A DNA stretch of 64,000 bases, taken from assembly GCA_020847695.1 (NCBI GenBank), contig JADLBP010000205.1, positions 22,530 through 86,529 on the forward strand, given 5' to 3'. A program made the position numbers and the translations under genes. Below are positions 16,727-27,110 of this stretch, one piece after another; positions within the stretch are counted from its first letter, which is position 1; every line of letters starts with the position of its first letter. The stretch is from Planctomycetota bacterium. GTDB taxonomy: Bacteria > Planctomycetota > UBA1135 > GCA-002686595. The notes under the pieces were generated by a model. It was given only the letters and a program-made list of their open reading frames with translations. It had not been told where the DNA came from and did no database searches.

Positions 16727-18067
16727 ATGTTCGAAGCACTCTTGGCAGGCGGTGCGCTCTGCGCGCTGATCGCCGTCGTCCTCCTGATCGTGCTCACGAG
16801 GCGCGACACGAAGGTCGACTTCTCGCCGCTCGCCGCCCGATTGGAAGCCCTGGAGCGCGCGAACGAGCGCACCGAGCGCGGACTCAGGGAAGAGCTCGCG
16901 CAGGCGCGCGTCGAGGAGCAAGCGCTCGCCAAGCAGTTGCGCGACGAGCTCGCCGCGCGCGGCAAGGAAGCCAATGACGGGCTGAGCCTGTCGATCGGCC
17001 GTCACTCGGAGGCGCAGAAGCACCAGCTCGAGCTCTTCGGCAAGCGCCTCGACGAGCTCAGCACCTCGAACGAGCGCCGCTTCGAGACGTTGCGAGCCTC
17101 GGTCGAGAAGAAGCTCGGCGACATCCAGCACGACAACACGCAGAAGCTCGAGCAGATGCGCGTCACGGTCGACGAGAAGCTCCAGAGCGTGCTCGACAAG
17201 CGGTTGACCGACAGCTTCAAGTCGGTGCGCGAGATGCTCGAGAACGTGCAGACCGGCGTCGGCGAGATGAAGGCGCTCGCGTCGGGGGTCGGCGACCTCA
17301 AGCGTGTGCTTGCGAACGTCAAGACACGCGGCAACTGGGGCGAGGTGCAGCTCGGGGCGTTGCTCGAGCAGATGCTCACGACCGAGCAATTCGCTCGCAA
17401 CGTCATCACGCGACCCGGCACGAACGAGGTGGTCGAGTTCGCGATCAAGCTGCCCGGCCGCGGGGATGACGCGGAGAAGCCCGTTTGGCTGCCGATCGAC
17501 GCGAAGTTCCCGCAGGAGGACTACCTGCGGCTCGTCGAAGCGAGCGAGCGCGGCGATGTCGAAGCGGTCGAGTACGCGGTCAAGCAGCTCGAACTGCGCA
17601 TCCGCGGCTTCGCGAAGGACATCAGCAAGAAGTACATCGAGCCCCCGTACACGACGGACTTCGCGTTGATGTTCCTGCCGACCGAAGGTCTCTACGCGGA
17701 GATCGTGCGTCGCACCGAGCTCGTCGAGGTCCTGCAGCGGGACCACCGCGTCGTGATCGCCGGCCCGACGACGCTCGCGGCGCTCTTGAACTCACTGCAG
17801 ATGGGCTTCCGCACGCTCGCGATCGAGAAACGCTCCAGCGAGATCGCCAAGGTGCTCGGCGAAGTGAAGACCGAGTTCGGCCGCTTCGGCGAGGTCATCG
17901 CGAAGGTGAAGGACAAGCTCGACCAGGCGTCGCACCAGCTCGAGGACGACGTCGGCGTGCGCACCCGCCAGATCGGCCGCAGGCTCAAGCACATCGAAGC
18001 CCTGCCGATCACCGGCACGCCGCCGTTGTTGGTCGAGCCGGAAGAGGACGAACCCGCCGCGAAGTGA
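16727..18067 (+). CDS. rmuC: DNA recombination protein RmuC
   Basis: N-terminal TM and long coiled coil, then 'NVKTRGNWGEVQLGALLEQ', 'FALMFLPTEGLYAE' and 'VVIAGPTTLAALLNSLQMGFR'. Confidence 0.9.
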   Translation: MFEALLAGGALCALIAVVLLIVLTRRDTKVDFSPLAARLEALERANERTERGLREELAQARVEEQALAKQLRDELAARGKEANDGLSLSIGRHSEAQKHQLELFGKRLDELSTSNERRFETLRASVEKKLGDIQHDNTQKLEQMRVTVDEKLQSVLDKRLTDSFKSVREMLENVQTGVGEMKALASGVGDLKRVLANVKTRGNWGEVQLGALLEQMLTTEQFARNVITRPGTNEVVEFAIKLPGRGDDAEKPVWLPIDAKFPQEDYLRLVEASERGDVEAVEYAVKQLELRIRGFAKDISKKYIEPPYTTDFALMFLPTEGLYAEIVRRTELVEVLQRDHRVVIAGPTTLAALLNSLQMGFRTLAIEKRSSEIAKVLGEVKTEFGRFGEVIAKVKDKLDQASHQLEDDVGVRTRQIGRRLKHIEALPITGTPPLLVEPEEDEPAAK

Positions 18068-18079
18068 CGGGCGCTGCGG

Positions 18080-18658
18080 TCAGTCGCCGACGTCGAGTTT
18101 CTCGGCGAGCTTGGCGAGCGCGCGATGCAGCAGGACGCGCGTCGCGCCCTCGGTCCTGCCCATCGCCTCGGCGATCTCCTTGTGCGGCAGCCCGACCACG
18201 CGCGCGAGCGTGATCACCTCGCGCTCGTCGTCGCCGAGCTCGTCGAACGCCTTCTCGATGCGCGCGAGCTCTTCCTTCGTCATCGCGCGGCGACTGGGCG
18301 ACGACACGTTGCGGTACGCGTCGAGCAGCGCTTGCTCGTCTCCGACGACGCGCGCGGCCTCGCGCTTCTGCGCGCGCCAATGCTCGTCGCGCTTCTGCAG
18401 CTTGCGCAGCGCAGTGGCGTACAGCCAGTGCTTGAACCCTGTCTCGCCGCCGTACTTGAACGTCGAGAGGTTCTGGAGCACTTCGCGGCAGACCGACTGC
18501 GCGATGTCCGAGGCCGATTCGTGCGCGCGCACCGTCGGACCGGCGCGTAGCCGCACGAACGCGCGCAGCCCGGGCAGGTAGCGGCCGAGCAACGCGTCGA
18601 GGGCTGTCGCGTCGCCGCGCTGCGCGGACTCGATCAGGCGGCTGACGTCCTCGGCCAT
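18080..18658 (-). CDS. ECF-type RNA polymerase sigma factor (Ser/Thr-kinase-linked type)
   Basis: 192 aa, ATG at 18658. Region 2 'DIAQSVCREVL...FKHWLYATALRKL'; region 4 'LGDDEREVITLARVVGLPHKEIAEAMGRTEGATRVLLHRALAKL'. N-terminal 'DVSRLIESAQRGDATALDALL'. Confidence 0.85.
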   Translation of the reverse strand: MAEDVSRLIESAQRGDATALDALLGRYLPGLRAFVRLRAGPTVRAHESASDIAQSVCREVLQNLSTFKYGGETGFKHWLYATALRKLQKRDEHWRAQKREAARVVGDEQALLDAYRNVSSPSRRAMTKEELARIEKAFDELGDDEREVITLARVVGLPHKEIAEAMGRTEGATRVLLHRALAKLAEKLDVGD

Positions 18659-18737
18659 CCCTCGAATTCTAGCCCGGTCCCGCGGCGGCTTGCCTTGCCC
18701 CGGTCGGCGCGCGGGCGTGAAATGAACTGCCCGATCG

Positions 18738-21599
18738 ATGACCGACAGCGCGCCCAAGCCCGAAGATGCTCGGCTCAACGAGCTCGTGATGACCGCCTTG
18801 GACGCGCTCGAGCGCGGCGAGCCCGCGGCGGTCGAAGCGCTGTTGCGCGAGCACCCGGCGCACGCGAACGCACTGAAGCGTCGGCTCGCGCTGCTGCAAG
18901 ACATCGGAGTGCTCGACGGAGGCACATCCGCGCGTCCGCCGGAGCGTCTCGGCGATTTCCAGATCCTGGAGCAGCTCGGCGCCGGCGGCATGGGCGTCGT
19001 GTATCGAGCGCGCGAGCTGCGGCTCGATCGCGAGGTCGCGCTGAAGGTCGTGCGGCCGGAGCGGCTGTTCTTCGAGGGCACGCGCGAGCGCTTCAAGCGC
19101 GAGGTCGAGACCGTCGCGCGCCTGCAGCACCCCGGCATCGTGCCCGTCTACAGCGTCGGCGAGGAGCAAGGCGTCCCGTACTTCGCGATGGAACTCGTCG
19201 CGGGGAAGACGGTCGATCAGGTGCTCGCGACGCTGCAAGGTCGCGACGCAGCGACGCTTACCGGCCGCGACCTCGCGCCGGATCCCGCTCGCGCCGGCTA
19301 TCTGTTCGAGGGCTCGTGGGAAGCCGCGTGCGTGCGCGTGATCAAGCAGGTCGCCGAAGCGGTCGAGCACGCGCACCAACGCGGCGTGATCCACCGAGAC
19401 ATCAAGCCATCGAACGTGATGTTGACCGCGGGCGACGTGTCGCGCGCGATGGTGTTCGACTTCGGGCTCGCGGCGGCGAGCGGCAACGCGCTCGGCGGCG
19501 CTCGGTTGACGCACACCGGCGCGCGGCTCGGCACGCTGAGCTACATGGCGCCCGAGCAGGTGCGCGGCGACGTGAATACCATCGACGCGCGCACCGACGT
19601 GTACGCGCTCGGCGTGACGCTCTACCAGATGTTGACGTTGCGACCCGCTTTCGGCGGTCGCTCCGACGCCGACGTGATCGTCGCGATCGAGCGCGGCGAG
19701 ACGCGTGCGGTGCGCAGCGCCAACGCGAGCATCTCCTGGGAAGCCGAGACCGTCTGCGCGACCGCGATGGAGCGCGACTCGGCCCGCCGCTACGCGACCG
19801 CGGCCGACTTCGCGCGCGATCTCGGCAACGTGCTCGAGAAGCGCCCGATCGAGGCGCGCCGCGCCGGTGTCGGCTTGCGCGCGCGGCGGTGGATCGAGCG
19901 CCATCCGGCGCTGACTGCGGCGTACGCGCTCGCGGGTCTGCTGGTGATCGGCGGCCCGACGCTCTGGGCGTGGCAGGAGCGTCAAGCGGGTCTCGCGATC
20001 CGCGCGCAGCGCGACCGCGCCGAGCGCAACTTCGCCCACGCGATGGAGGCGGTCGACCAGATGCTCTCTCGCGTCGGCGAAGTCGACCTGCGCTTCGTGC
20101 CGCAGATGGAGCCCGTGCGCAAGGCGTTGCTCGAGGACGCGGTCGCGCTGCTCCAACGCTTCGTCGAGGAGAACGCCGACGACAGCCGCGCGCGGAACGA
20201 GCTCGCGAAGGGGCAAGCGCGCCTGGCGAGCCTCTTCGAGGAGCTAGGCCGCAACGACGACTCGGCGCGTGCGCGAGCGAGGGAGATCGAGACGTACGAC
20301 GCGCTGCTCGCGGAGACGCCGGACGATCTCGGGCTCGTCGTCGCGCGTGAGCTCGCGCGGGTCGCGCGTGCGACCGCATACGTCAACGCCGAGTCCGTCG
20401 CCGTCGCCGGTCCGTTGCTCGACGACAACGCACGCGAGATCGAGCGATTGCTCGCCGAGCATCCGGCGAACATCGAGCTCGAGCGCGCGTGGATCAACAA
20501 CAACGCGAGCACCGGCAAGGTCCAGCGGATCGCCGACGAGCTCGAGGAAGCGCGCGAAACCTTGCTGCACGGCGTCGAGCGCGTCGAGCGCGTGCTCGCG
20601 GCGCATCCCGACGATCGAAGGATCCTGGAGAGCGCCTACGGAGCCTGGAACGAGTACGGCTACCTCGTCATGGAGCACTTCACCAAGCCGGACGAGCTCA
20701 ACGAGGAAGCCGCGCGAGCGCTGACGCGCGCGGTCGAGCTCACCGAACGCTTGGTGAGCGCCGCGCCGGACGACGGGCAGCGTCGCACGGCGCTCGCCGA
20801 GGCGCGAATCAACCTCGGCGGCGTTTGGCTGCGCGCCGGTGAGTATGCGAAGGCGAGCGAGTTCTACGTCGCGGCGCGCGACGATCTCGTGCCGTTCGTC
20901 GAGCGCTTTCCGAACACGCTGAGCTTCAAGTTCATGCTGGCGACCGCCCACAATCAGATCGGGCTCGCCGCGGACTGGCTGCGCGACCTGCCGGTCGCCG
21001 AGGAGAACTACGCGAGGACGCTCGAGCTGTTGCAGGACATCACGCGCACGGCGAGCGAGCCCAACTTGATCCACCGGCTCGGGCTGGTCGCGTACAACCT
21101 GAGCTCGGTCAAACGCGGACTGCAGAAGCTCGACGAAGCCGAAGCATTGACGCTCGCCGCGATCGAGACGCTGAAGCGCGCGGTGACGCTCGTGCCGGAG
21201 AACCAGGACGTCGCGCGCGACCTGTCCGCGGCGTACTCGGCGCTCTGCACGGTGCGCTGCGACAAAGGCGACTGGCGCGGTACGATCGTGAACGTCGATC
21301 AGATCGTCGCCACGGCGCCGATGGAGCCGCGGAATCTCTGGCGCGCGATGCTCGTGTGGACGCGTTGCGTCGAGCTCGTCCGCGCGGACCCGGCGGTCGC
21401 CGGCGCCGAGCGCGCGACGCGGATCGAGGAGTTCGCCGTCCACGCGGTCGACGCGATGCGCGCGTCGTTCGAGCGCGGCGATCCGCGAGCGGCGCGCGAC
21501 ATCGAGACGCTCAACGATCCGAAGCCGCTGCACGGGACCGCCGCGTGGAAGGCGTTCGTCGAGGAGCGACGCGCGGTACAAGCCGGCGCGTCGAAGTGA
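18738..21599 (+). CDS. Hanks-type Ser/Thr protein kinase with TM segment and large helical-repeat C-terminal domain
   Basis: 'GAGGMGVVY', 'VALKVV', 'HRDIKPSNVML', 'DFGLA' and 'YMAPEQ'. TM 'LTAAYALAGLLVIGGPTLWAW'. About 530 aa of TPR-like repeats follow. Confidence 0.9.
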   Translation: MTDSAPKPEDARLNELVMTALDALERGEPAAVEALLREHPAHANALKRRLALLQDIGVLDGGTSARPPERLGDFQILEQLGAGGMGVVYRARELRLDREVALKVVRPERLFFEGTRERFKREVETVARLQHPGIVPVYSVGEEQGVPYFAMELVAGKTVDQVLATLQGRDAATLTGRDLAPDPARAGYLFEGSWEAACVRVIKQVAEAVEHAHQRGVIHRDIKPSNVMLTAGDVSRAMVFDFGLAAASGNALGGARLTHTGARLGTLSYMAPEQVRGDVNTIDARTDVYALGVTLYQMLTLRPAFGGRSDADVIVAIERGETRAVRSANASISWEAETVCATAMERDSARRYATAADFARDLGNVLEKRPIEARRAGVGLRARRWIERHPALTAAYALAGLLVIGGPTLWAWQERQAGLAIRAQRDRAERNFAHAMEAVDQMLSRVGEVDLRFVPQMEPVRKALLEDAVALLQRFVEENADDSRARNELAKGQARLASLFEELGRNDDSARARAREIETYDALLAETPDDLGLVVARELARVARATAYVNAESVAVAGPLLDDNAREIERLLAEHPANIELERAWINNNASTGKVQRIADELEEARETLLHGVERVERVLAAHPDDRRILESAYGAWNEYGYLVMEHFTKPDELNEEAARALTRAVELTERLVSAAPDDGQRRTALAEARINLGGVWLRAGEYAKASEFYVAARDDLVPFVERFPNTLSFKFMLATAHNQIGLAADWLRDLPVAEENYARTLELLQDITRTASEPNLIHRLGLVAYNLSSVKRGLQKLDEAEALTLAAIETLKRAVTLVPENQDVARDLSAAYSALCTVRCDKGDWRGTIVNVDQIVATAPMEPRNLWRAMLVWTRCVELVRADPAVAGAERATRIEEFAVHAVDAMRASFERGDPRAARDIETLNDPKPLHGTAAWKAFVEERRAVQAGASK

Positions 21600-21745
21600 G
21601 TCCCGCGCGTCAAGGCGGGCGAGTCAGCGACAGGTGTGTCGAGCCGGACGGAGCTCGGCGGTGGCGCGAGCTCGATGCTCCGCAGCTCGCGGGTCGAGCG
21701 GCACGACGAGCGCCGGAGCGAAGCGCCGACCGCTCGCGCGACGGC

Positions 21746-21955
21746 TCAGAACGGATCCCAGCTCGCGCCGTGCGGCGGCGGCGGAACCGAGTCTTCCAGG
21801 CCTTCGCTCGGCACGACGATCTCGTGGTCGAGCGGGGCCTGGATGCGCACGGAGAGCTCGTAGAGGTCGTCGAGGCTCCACAGGTCGCGATCGTCGTCGT
21901 CGAGCAGGTCGCCGCGCGGGAACTCGACACGAGCAAGGCTCTGGGTTTGCTTCAT
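21746..21955 (-). CDS. Hypothetical small acidic protein (69 aa)
   Basis: High GC3 in this frame, ATG at 21955 (alternative at 21982). Sequence 'DLLDDDDRDLWSLDDLYELSVRIQAPLDHEIVVPSEGLEDS...'. Divergent from the ECF-fusion gene. No motif recognised. Confidence 0.4.
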   Translation of the reverse strand: MKQTQSLARVEFPRGDLLDDDDRDLWSLDDLYELSVRIQAPLDHEIVVPSEGLEDSVPPPPHGASWDPF

Positions 21956-22123
21956 GGCCTGGTTCTCGGCCGTCGACGCCAAGGCCGGGTCAACCGGGCG
22001 AGAAGCCGCTGAGGCAGCCGTAACTCCTTGATCGGAGACGTGTTGCGAGAGCTCGTGCTAGCCTCGCTGCACGATTTCGCGCGCGAGCGGTGACGCGAGC
22101 GCGCGCTCCGACGAGTAGCGCCG

Positions 22124-25100
22124 ATGAGAGATCGAACCGTCGACCGCCAGTTCGAGAGGTTCCGCACGCGCGGCGATGTCCGCGCGCTCGGTGACGTCTT
22201 CGACGCGACCTCGGACGAGCTGTTGCGCGTGGCGACCAGCCTGACGCGCGACTTGGTGGAAGCCGAGGACTTGCTGCAGGCGACGTTCGTCACCGCGATC
22301 GAGCGCGCGAAGCACTGGGACAGCGAGCAGCGGCTGGTGCCGTGGCTCTGCGGGATCCTGGTGCGTCACGCGCACGCGCGGCGACGCGAGCGCGCACGCG
22401 TGCTCGACGTCGAGCGCCTGGAGCGAGAGCCCGAGCGCGAGCCGAACGTCGCCGCCGAGCACGTGGAACTCGAGCGTGAGCTCGACCGCGCGCTCGCCGG
22501 CCTGTCGGACGACGACCGCGAGGTGCTGGTGAAGTACCTGCGCGAGGGCAAGGAGCCGATCGAGATCGCGCGAGAAGCGCACATCGCGCCGGGCACGGCG
22601 AGGATGCGCGTGCATCGCGGCCTCGAACGACTGCGCAAGCTCCTTCCCGCGAGCTTCGCGCTCGGCGCGAGCGCGTTGCTCGGCGGCCGTGGCCTCGCGG
22701 CGGTGCGCTCGGAAGTCGTGCGCGAAGCGACCGCAGCTTCCGCGCGCCTCGCGACCGGCGCTTCGATCTCTTCGACACCCATTCTCGGAGGGATCCTCGT
22801 GGCCAAGAAACTCGTTGCAGCGCTCGTCGTCTTCGCTCTCTTGCTTGTGGTCGTGTGGTGGCGCGGTTCGTCGCCCGCGGAACCGCACTCCGTCCCCGGT
22901 GCCGAGACACTCGCGGCGGCGAGCACGGTCGAGCCCGATCGAACGCCGATCGAGGCGCCGAGCGTCGCCGCGGAGACGCGGGAGCCGACGGAACGGCGAA
23001 CCGAGGACGACGGCGACGCCGCGTATCGTCGAGCGCTCTCCGGGCTCCGCGGCCGCGTGCTGGGCGACGATCGCACTCCGCGCGCGGGCGTCGAGGTCGC
23101 GTTGCTCGAAACGCGCGCCGTCGATTGGTTCCGCGACGAGTTCGGCGACTCGTCGCTGTCGCAGGCGGCCGACGCGCCGCGGCCCGAGCTCGCTCGCACG
23201 CACACCGACGCCGAGGGCCGCTTCTCGTTCGCGGGCGCTCGGCCCGAGGCGTTCCACGCGCTCGGCATCGCGCTCGGCCGCGGCAATGGAGCGGTGCATC
23301 TGCTTCGCGATGCGCTTCGGTCGGGCGAGACGCTCGACCTCGGCGACTTCGTGTTGCCGGCGGGCGGGACGGTGCGCGGACGGATCGTCGACGACGAAGG
23401 CAAGCCGCTTGCCGGCGTGCGCGTGCGCGCCGGCGAGATCGCGCAGCCGTTCGTCGAGCTCGGCGCGGCCTACCTGCGCGAGGGCTCGCTCGTCCTCGTG
23501 CGCTCGGAGCAGGGGCCCAAGGCGGTCGAGTTGCCGGCGTGGGTCGCGGCGTACTCCGACCGTCTTCCGCTGGCGACCGCGCGCACCGACGAGCGCGGCG
23601 AGTTCCGCCTCGACGACGTCGTGCTCGGTCCGGTGACGTTGCTCGCGGACGCGCCGTCTCGGGTAGCGACGGTCGTCGACAACGTCTCGGTGTCGGGCGC
23701 CGGCGACACCGATGCGGGCGAGCTCGTGCTCTCGCGCGGCGATCGGATCGCGACTCGCGTGCTCGATGCCGCAGGCGCGCCGGTTCTCGGCGCCGATGTG
23801 CGCATCGGCGTCCTGCACGAGTCGATGTTCGGACGGTTGGGGATCCTGGAGACGGCGCGCGCGGCGAGCGACGGGGCCTACGAGGCCGAGGGGCTCGACC
23901 GCACGGGCGAGGTTTGGATCGCGGCGCGGCGCGACGATCAGGAACCCTGGACGTTGCGCGCCGTCGAGCGCGACGACGCGAGTTCCTCGGTGACGCTTCC
24001 CGCGCTCCGCGCTCGCGAGTTCGTCGTCCGCGATGCGACCGGCGTCGGCGTCCGCGGAGCCGAGCTCGCGCTCGTGCCGACGGTCAGCGCGCTCGATCCG
24101 GAGCTGCGGTGGCTCGTCGTCGCGGGCCCGAAGCGCGCGTCGACCGACCAGGACGGCCGAGCGACCTTCGCCGCGGTCCCCGACGGCGCGTTCACGCTCG
24201 CGATCACCGCGCCGAGCGGTGTGCGCACGCGCCAAGAGCTCGTGTTCGACGCCGAGCTCGCGCCGCGGATCGTGACTCTGGCCGACGGCAGAGCGCTCGA
24301 GTTCGTCGTCACCGACGCGACGACCGGGGCGCCGGTCGCCAAGGCCGAGGTCTCCGTCGCGAGCTCGGACCGCAAGCAGCCGTTCCCGCAGCGTGCGACG
24401 ACCGATGGCGCGGGCCGGGCGAGCCTCGCGGGCGTCGATCACGGCGACCCGAAGCTCGCATGGAGCGCTCGGATCGACCACCCGGCGTACGGGACGACGT
24501 TCGTGGCGCTCGACTTCGAACGCGACGTGCAAGAGTGCCGACTCGACCCGTCGGGCACCGTCGTCGCGCGGCTGGTGAGCGAAGCACGCGGTCTCGCCGA
24601 TGCGGTGCTCGTGCTGGCGCCGCAACCGCGACCGCGCGCGAACCCCGCGCTCGGCACCGACTTCCGCATCGTGCGTTTCGACGGCGAAGGCGTCGCGCGT
24701 TGCGACGGGCTCGCTCCCGGCGCGTACCGCTACGAGCTCGTCGAAGGCTTGCCGTCGGAGATCGGAGCCAGTGTCCTCGCGCGCATCGAGCTCCCGGTGG
24801 ACACGCTCGCAGCCGGTGGGTTCGCCGTCGAATCGGGTCGCGAGGTCGAGCTCGAGATCACACCCCGCGGCGAGGTGCGTCCGGCGGTGCAGCCTCGCGG
24901 CGCGACGTTGACGGGAACCGTGACCCTCGACGGACGCCCCGGCGTCGGACTCGAGGTCGTCGTGTACTCGCAGGGCGCCGATCCGAGCAGCACGACGACC
25001 GACGGCAACGGGCGCTTTCGGGTCGACGGGCTCGCGGGCGCTCGCGTCGGTGTGATGGTGTCGCGCCCCAACCGGCTGCGCGAGCCCGAGACCATCGGTG

Positions 25101-25708
25101 CCAAGGAGTTCGATCTCTCTCGCGAAGGCGTGACCGACGTCGAGTTGAAGTGGCAGACGCGGGTGCTCGTGGTGACCGTTCGCGACGACGTCACGAACGA
25201 GCCCGTCGGCGACGCGGAAGTCATCTGCGTCGGCGAAGGCGAAGCCGGCTTCGCTCGGCAGACGACGAATCGCGATGGACGTGCGACCTTCCGTGTCATC
25301 CCGTCGGGAGCCGCGCGCCTGCGGTGCACGAAATCGGGCGTCGGAACGGCGCTCGGGATCGTCGCGCTCGAGCCGATCGCGAGCGCTTACGAAGCCGAGC
25401 TTCGACTCGAGTTCGCTCCGCGTTTCGCGTTCCGCATCTCGTTTCCCGCGGGTGTCGCGATCCCGGAGTCGCTGTGGTTCTGGATCGTCGATGCGAGCGG
25501 CGTCTCCCGCGAGAATCTGTCGTACGACCCCCCGCGCTCCCGCGAGGGCAAGTTCGCCTTCGAGACGCTTCCGCCGGGCCGCTACGAGCTGCGTGCGAGA
25601 GGCACGCACGGCGAGTTCGAGCCGATCCCGTTCGACCTGCCGGCCACGGGGGCGACCGACTTCGAGTTCGTCCTGCAACCGAGCGTCACACCCGCCGCGC
25701 AGCGATGA
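22124..25708 (+). CDS. ECF sigma factor domain fused to a TM helix and a large extracytoplasmic domain of CarboxypepD_reg-like repeats
   Basis: Residues about 1-190 hold sigma regions 2 and 4 ('[16 protein letters not shown]', '[44 protein letters not shown]'). Then TM '[17 protein letters not shown]', then repeated 'G.V.D..G.P.AG..V' units (for example '[22 protein letters not shown]'). Single uninterrupted 1194-codon frame with high GC3. Confidence 0.75.
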   Translation: MRDRTVDRQFERFRTRGDVRALGDVFDATSDELLRVATSLTRDLVEAEDLLQATFVTAIERAKHWDSEQRLVPWLCGILVRHAHARRRERARVLDVERLEREPEREPNVAAEHVELERELDRALAGLSDDDREVLVKYLREGKEPIEIAREAHIAPGTARMRVHRGLERLRKLLPASFALGASALLGGRGLAAVRSEVVREATAASARLATGASISSTPILGGILVAKKLVAALVVFALLLVVVWWRGSSPAEPHSVPGAETLAAASTVEPDRTPIEAPSVAAETREPTERRTEDDGDAAYRRALSGLRGRVLGDDRTPRAGVEVALLETRAVDWFRDEFGDSSLSQAADAPRPELARTHTDAEGRFSFAGARPEAFHALGIALGRGNGAVHLLRDALRSGETLDLGDFVLPAGGTVRGRIVDDEGKPLAGVRVRAGEIAQPFVELGAAYLREGSLVLVRSEQGPKAVELPAWVAAYSDRLPLATARTDERGEFRLDDVVLGPVTLLADAPSRVATVVDNVSVSGAGDTDAGELVLSRGDRIATRVLDAAGAPVLGADVRIGVLHESMFGRLGILETARAASDGAYEAEGLDRTGEVWIAARRDDQEPWTLRAVERDDASSSVTLPALRAREFVVRDATGVGVRGAELALVPTVSALDPELRWLVVAGPKRASTDQDGRATFAAVPDGAFTLAITAPSGVRTRQELVFDAELAPRIVTLADGRALEFVVTDATTGAPVAKAEVSVASSDRKQPFPQRATTDGAGRASLAGVDHGDPKLAWSARIDHPAYGTTFVALDFERDVQECRLDPSGTVVARLVSEARGLADAVLVLAPQPRPRANPALGTDFRIVRFDGEGVARCDGLAPGAYRYELVEGLPSEIGASVLARIELPVDTLAAGGFAVESGREVELEITPRGEVRPAVQPRGATLTGTVTLDGRPGVGLEVVVYSQGADPSSTTTDGNGRFRVDGLAGARVGVMVSRPNRLREPETIGAKEFDLSREGVTDVELKWQTRVLVVTVRDDVTNEPVGDAEVICVGEGEAGFARQTTNRDGRATFRVIPSGAARLRCTKSGVGTALGIVALEPIASAYEAELRLEFAPRFAFRISFPAGVAIPESLWFWIVDASGVSRENLSYDPPRSREGKFAFETLPPGRYELRARGTHGEFEPIPFDLPATGATDFEFVLQPSVTPAAQR

Positions 25709-26819
25709 GCGTGTCGAGCTCCTGCTTCAGCCGCGGCAGGATCGCGTCGTAGGGGAAGGCGCCGAGCTCTTCCTCGCCGCGCTTCAGGTTGACGAAGTTC
25801 GGGCCGCACCAGAGGCCGAGGTCGGCGTCGTCGGTTTCGCCCGGGCCGTTCACGCGGCAGCCCATCACCGCGATAGTCAGCTTGTGCGCGCGTGCGTACT
25901 CGGACATGCGCTTCACGTCCTCGGCGAGCTCGATGAACTTCTCGTTCTCGACGCGCGAGCACGACGGGCACGCGATGATGTTGAGGCCGTCGAAGAAGTT
26001 CGGCGGCACCGAGCGGAAGCGGCCCGCTTCGATGTCGCGCACGAGCTCGCGACCGACCGCGATCTCGCGGCCTTTGTCGTCGAACGGGAGCGTCAGCGAG
26101 ACGCGCAACGTGTCGCCGATGCCGCGCGAAAGGAGCTGCTCGAACGCGATGCGCGTCTTGATGATGCCCTCGGGCGGCATGCCGGCTTCGGTGACGCCGA
26201 GGTGGATCGGCACGTCCGGGCGCACGGCGACGAAGCGTTGGTTCGCGTCGATCACGAAGCGCGGATCGGAGTCCTTGATCGACACGCAGTAGTCGACGAA
26301 GCCGAGCTCGTCGACCAGCGCGCAGTGCTCGATCGCACACTGCGCGATCGCGCCGACGTGATCGTCGCCGAAGCGCAGGTCGTACTCGGGCGCGATCGAG
26401 CCCGCGTTGACGCCGATGCGGAGCGCGAGCCCGTGCTGCTTCGCCACGCCGACCAGGTACGCGACCTTCTCGCGGACCGGCTTCTCCTTCTCGTGGTGGT
26501 GGAGGTGGCCGGGGTTGTACCGGAGCTTGTCGACGAACGGCGCGACCTTCTCGGCGAGCCGGTAGTTCTCTTGCAGGTCGACCGAGAGGCGAGCCTTGGT
26601 CTGGCGGCGGATCTCGGAGAGCGCGTCGACGTCCGCCTGGCTGTCGACCGCGATCCGGACCAGGTCGGCGCCGGCGTCCTCGAGGATCCGCACCTGGCGC
26701 AGGGTCGCGGGGATGTCGCGGGTGCGGGTCGCGGCCATGCTCTGGACAGCGATCGGGGCGGAACCGCCGATCGCGAGGTCGCGGACGCGGATCGTGCGGG
26801 TCTTGCGCTCGGGGATCAT
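25686..26819 (-). CDS. ispG: 4-hydroxy-3-methylbut-2-en-1-yl diphosphate synthase (MEP pathway)
   Basis: '[11 protein letters not shown]', 'LRYNPGH', 'RIGVNAGS', 'IACPSCSR' and '[11 protein letters not shown]' are GcpE/IspG motifs. ATG at 26819, 377 aa. 23-nt convergent overlap with the preceding gene. Confidence 0.95.
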   Translation of the reverse strand: MIPERKTRTIRVRDLAIGGSAPIAVQSMAATRTRDIPATLRQVRILEDAGADLVRIAVDSQADVDALSEIRRQTKARLSVDLQENYRLAEKVAPFVDKLRYNPGHLHHHEKEKPVREKVAYLVGVAKQHGLALRIGVNAGSIAPEYDLRFGDDHVGAIAQCAIEHCALVDELGFVDYCVSIKDSDPRFVIDANQRFVAVRPDVPIHLGVTEAGMPPEGIIKTRIAFEQLLSRGIGDTLRVSLTLPFDDKGREIAVGRELVRDIEAGRFRSVPPNFFDGLNIIACPSCSRVENEKFIELAEDVKRMSEYARAHKLTIAVMGCRVNGPGETDDADLGLWCGPNFVNLKRGEEELGAFPYDAILPRLKQELDTLIAARRV

Positions 26820-26918
26820 GGTGCCGAAGGGGGGCGAGAGGGCCGCGCATCCTAATCCACCGGCGTCGGCCGACGGCTCCACCGCGATCGCTCCGGGAGC
26901 GCGGTCGGCGGGGAGCTC

Positions 26919-26953
26919 AAAAAAACTCCAGGTTTCCTGCCCCGCTCCGGGGC
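26919..26953 (-). terminator. Intrinsic-terminator-like element on the minus strand
   Basis: The minus strand reads GCCCCGGAGCGGGGC (5-6 bp GC stem), then CAGGAAACCUG, then GAG and a run of 7 U. Such a U-run is rare in this GC-rich sequence. It lies between the TPR-membrane gene and ispG. Confidence 0.35.
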
Positions 26954-27066
26954 GGGCTTGCGGACTCGCACAGGGAGAATCTTTGGGGCCTATCGCCCGA
27001 TCCGGACACGCCGATCCCCTCGCGTGATCCAGGCTCTCGGGCGGAGAGTGCCTTGTACCTTCCGTG

Positions 27067-27110
27067 GGCCGCCCCAACCGTGCGCGAGAACGGCTGGGGT
27101 GGCCCCTTTT
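27067..27110 (+). terminator. Strong intrinsic-terminator-like hairpin on the plus strand with no annotated upstream plus-strand gene
   Basis: GGCCGCCCCAACCG-(10 nt loop)-CGGCTGGGGTGGCC forms a 14-bp stem with one mismatch and one G-U pair. It is followed by CCTTTT. Confidence 0.4.

Noticed and set aside
22058-25678. 1206-aa minus-strand ORF antisense to the ECF-fusion gene, plus plus-strand ORF 22855-25752
   Set aside because: Arg/Gly/Ala-rich translations without motifs. The 22124-25708 frame has recognisable sigma regions, a TM helix and repeat signatures.
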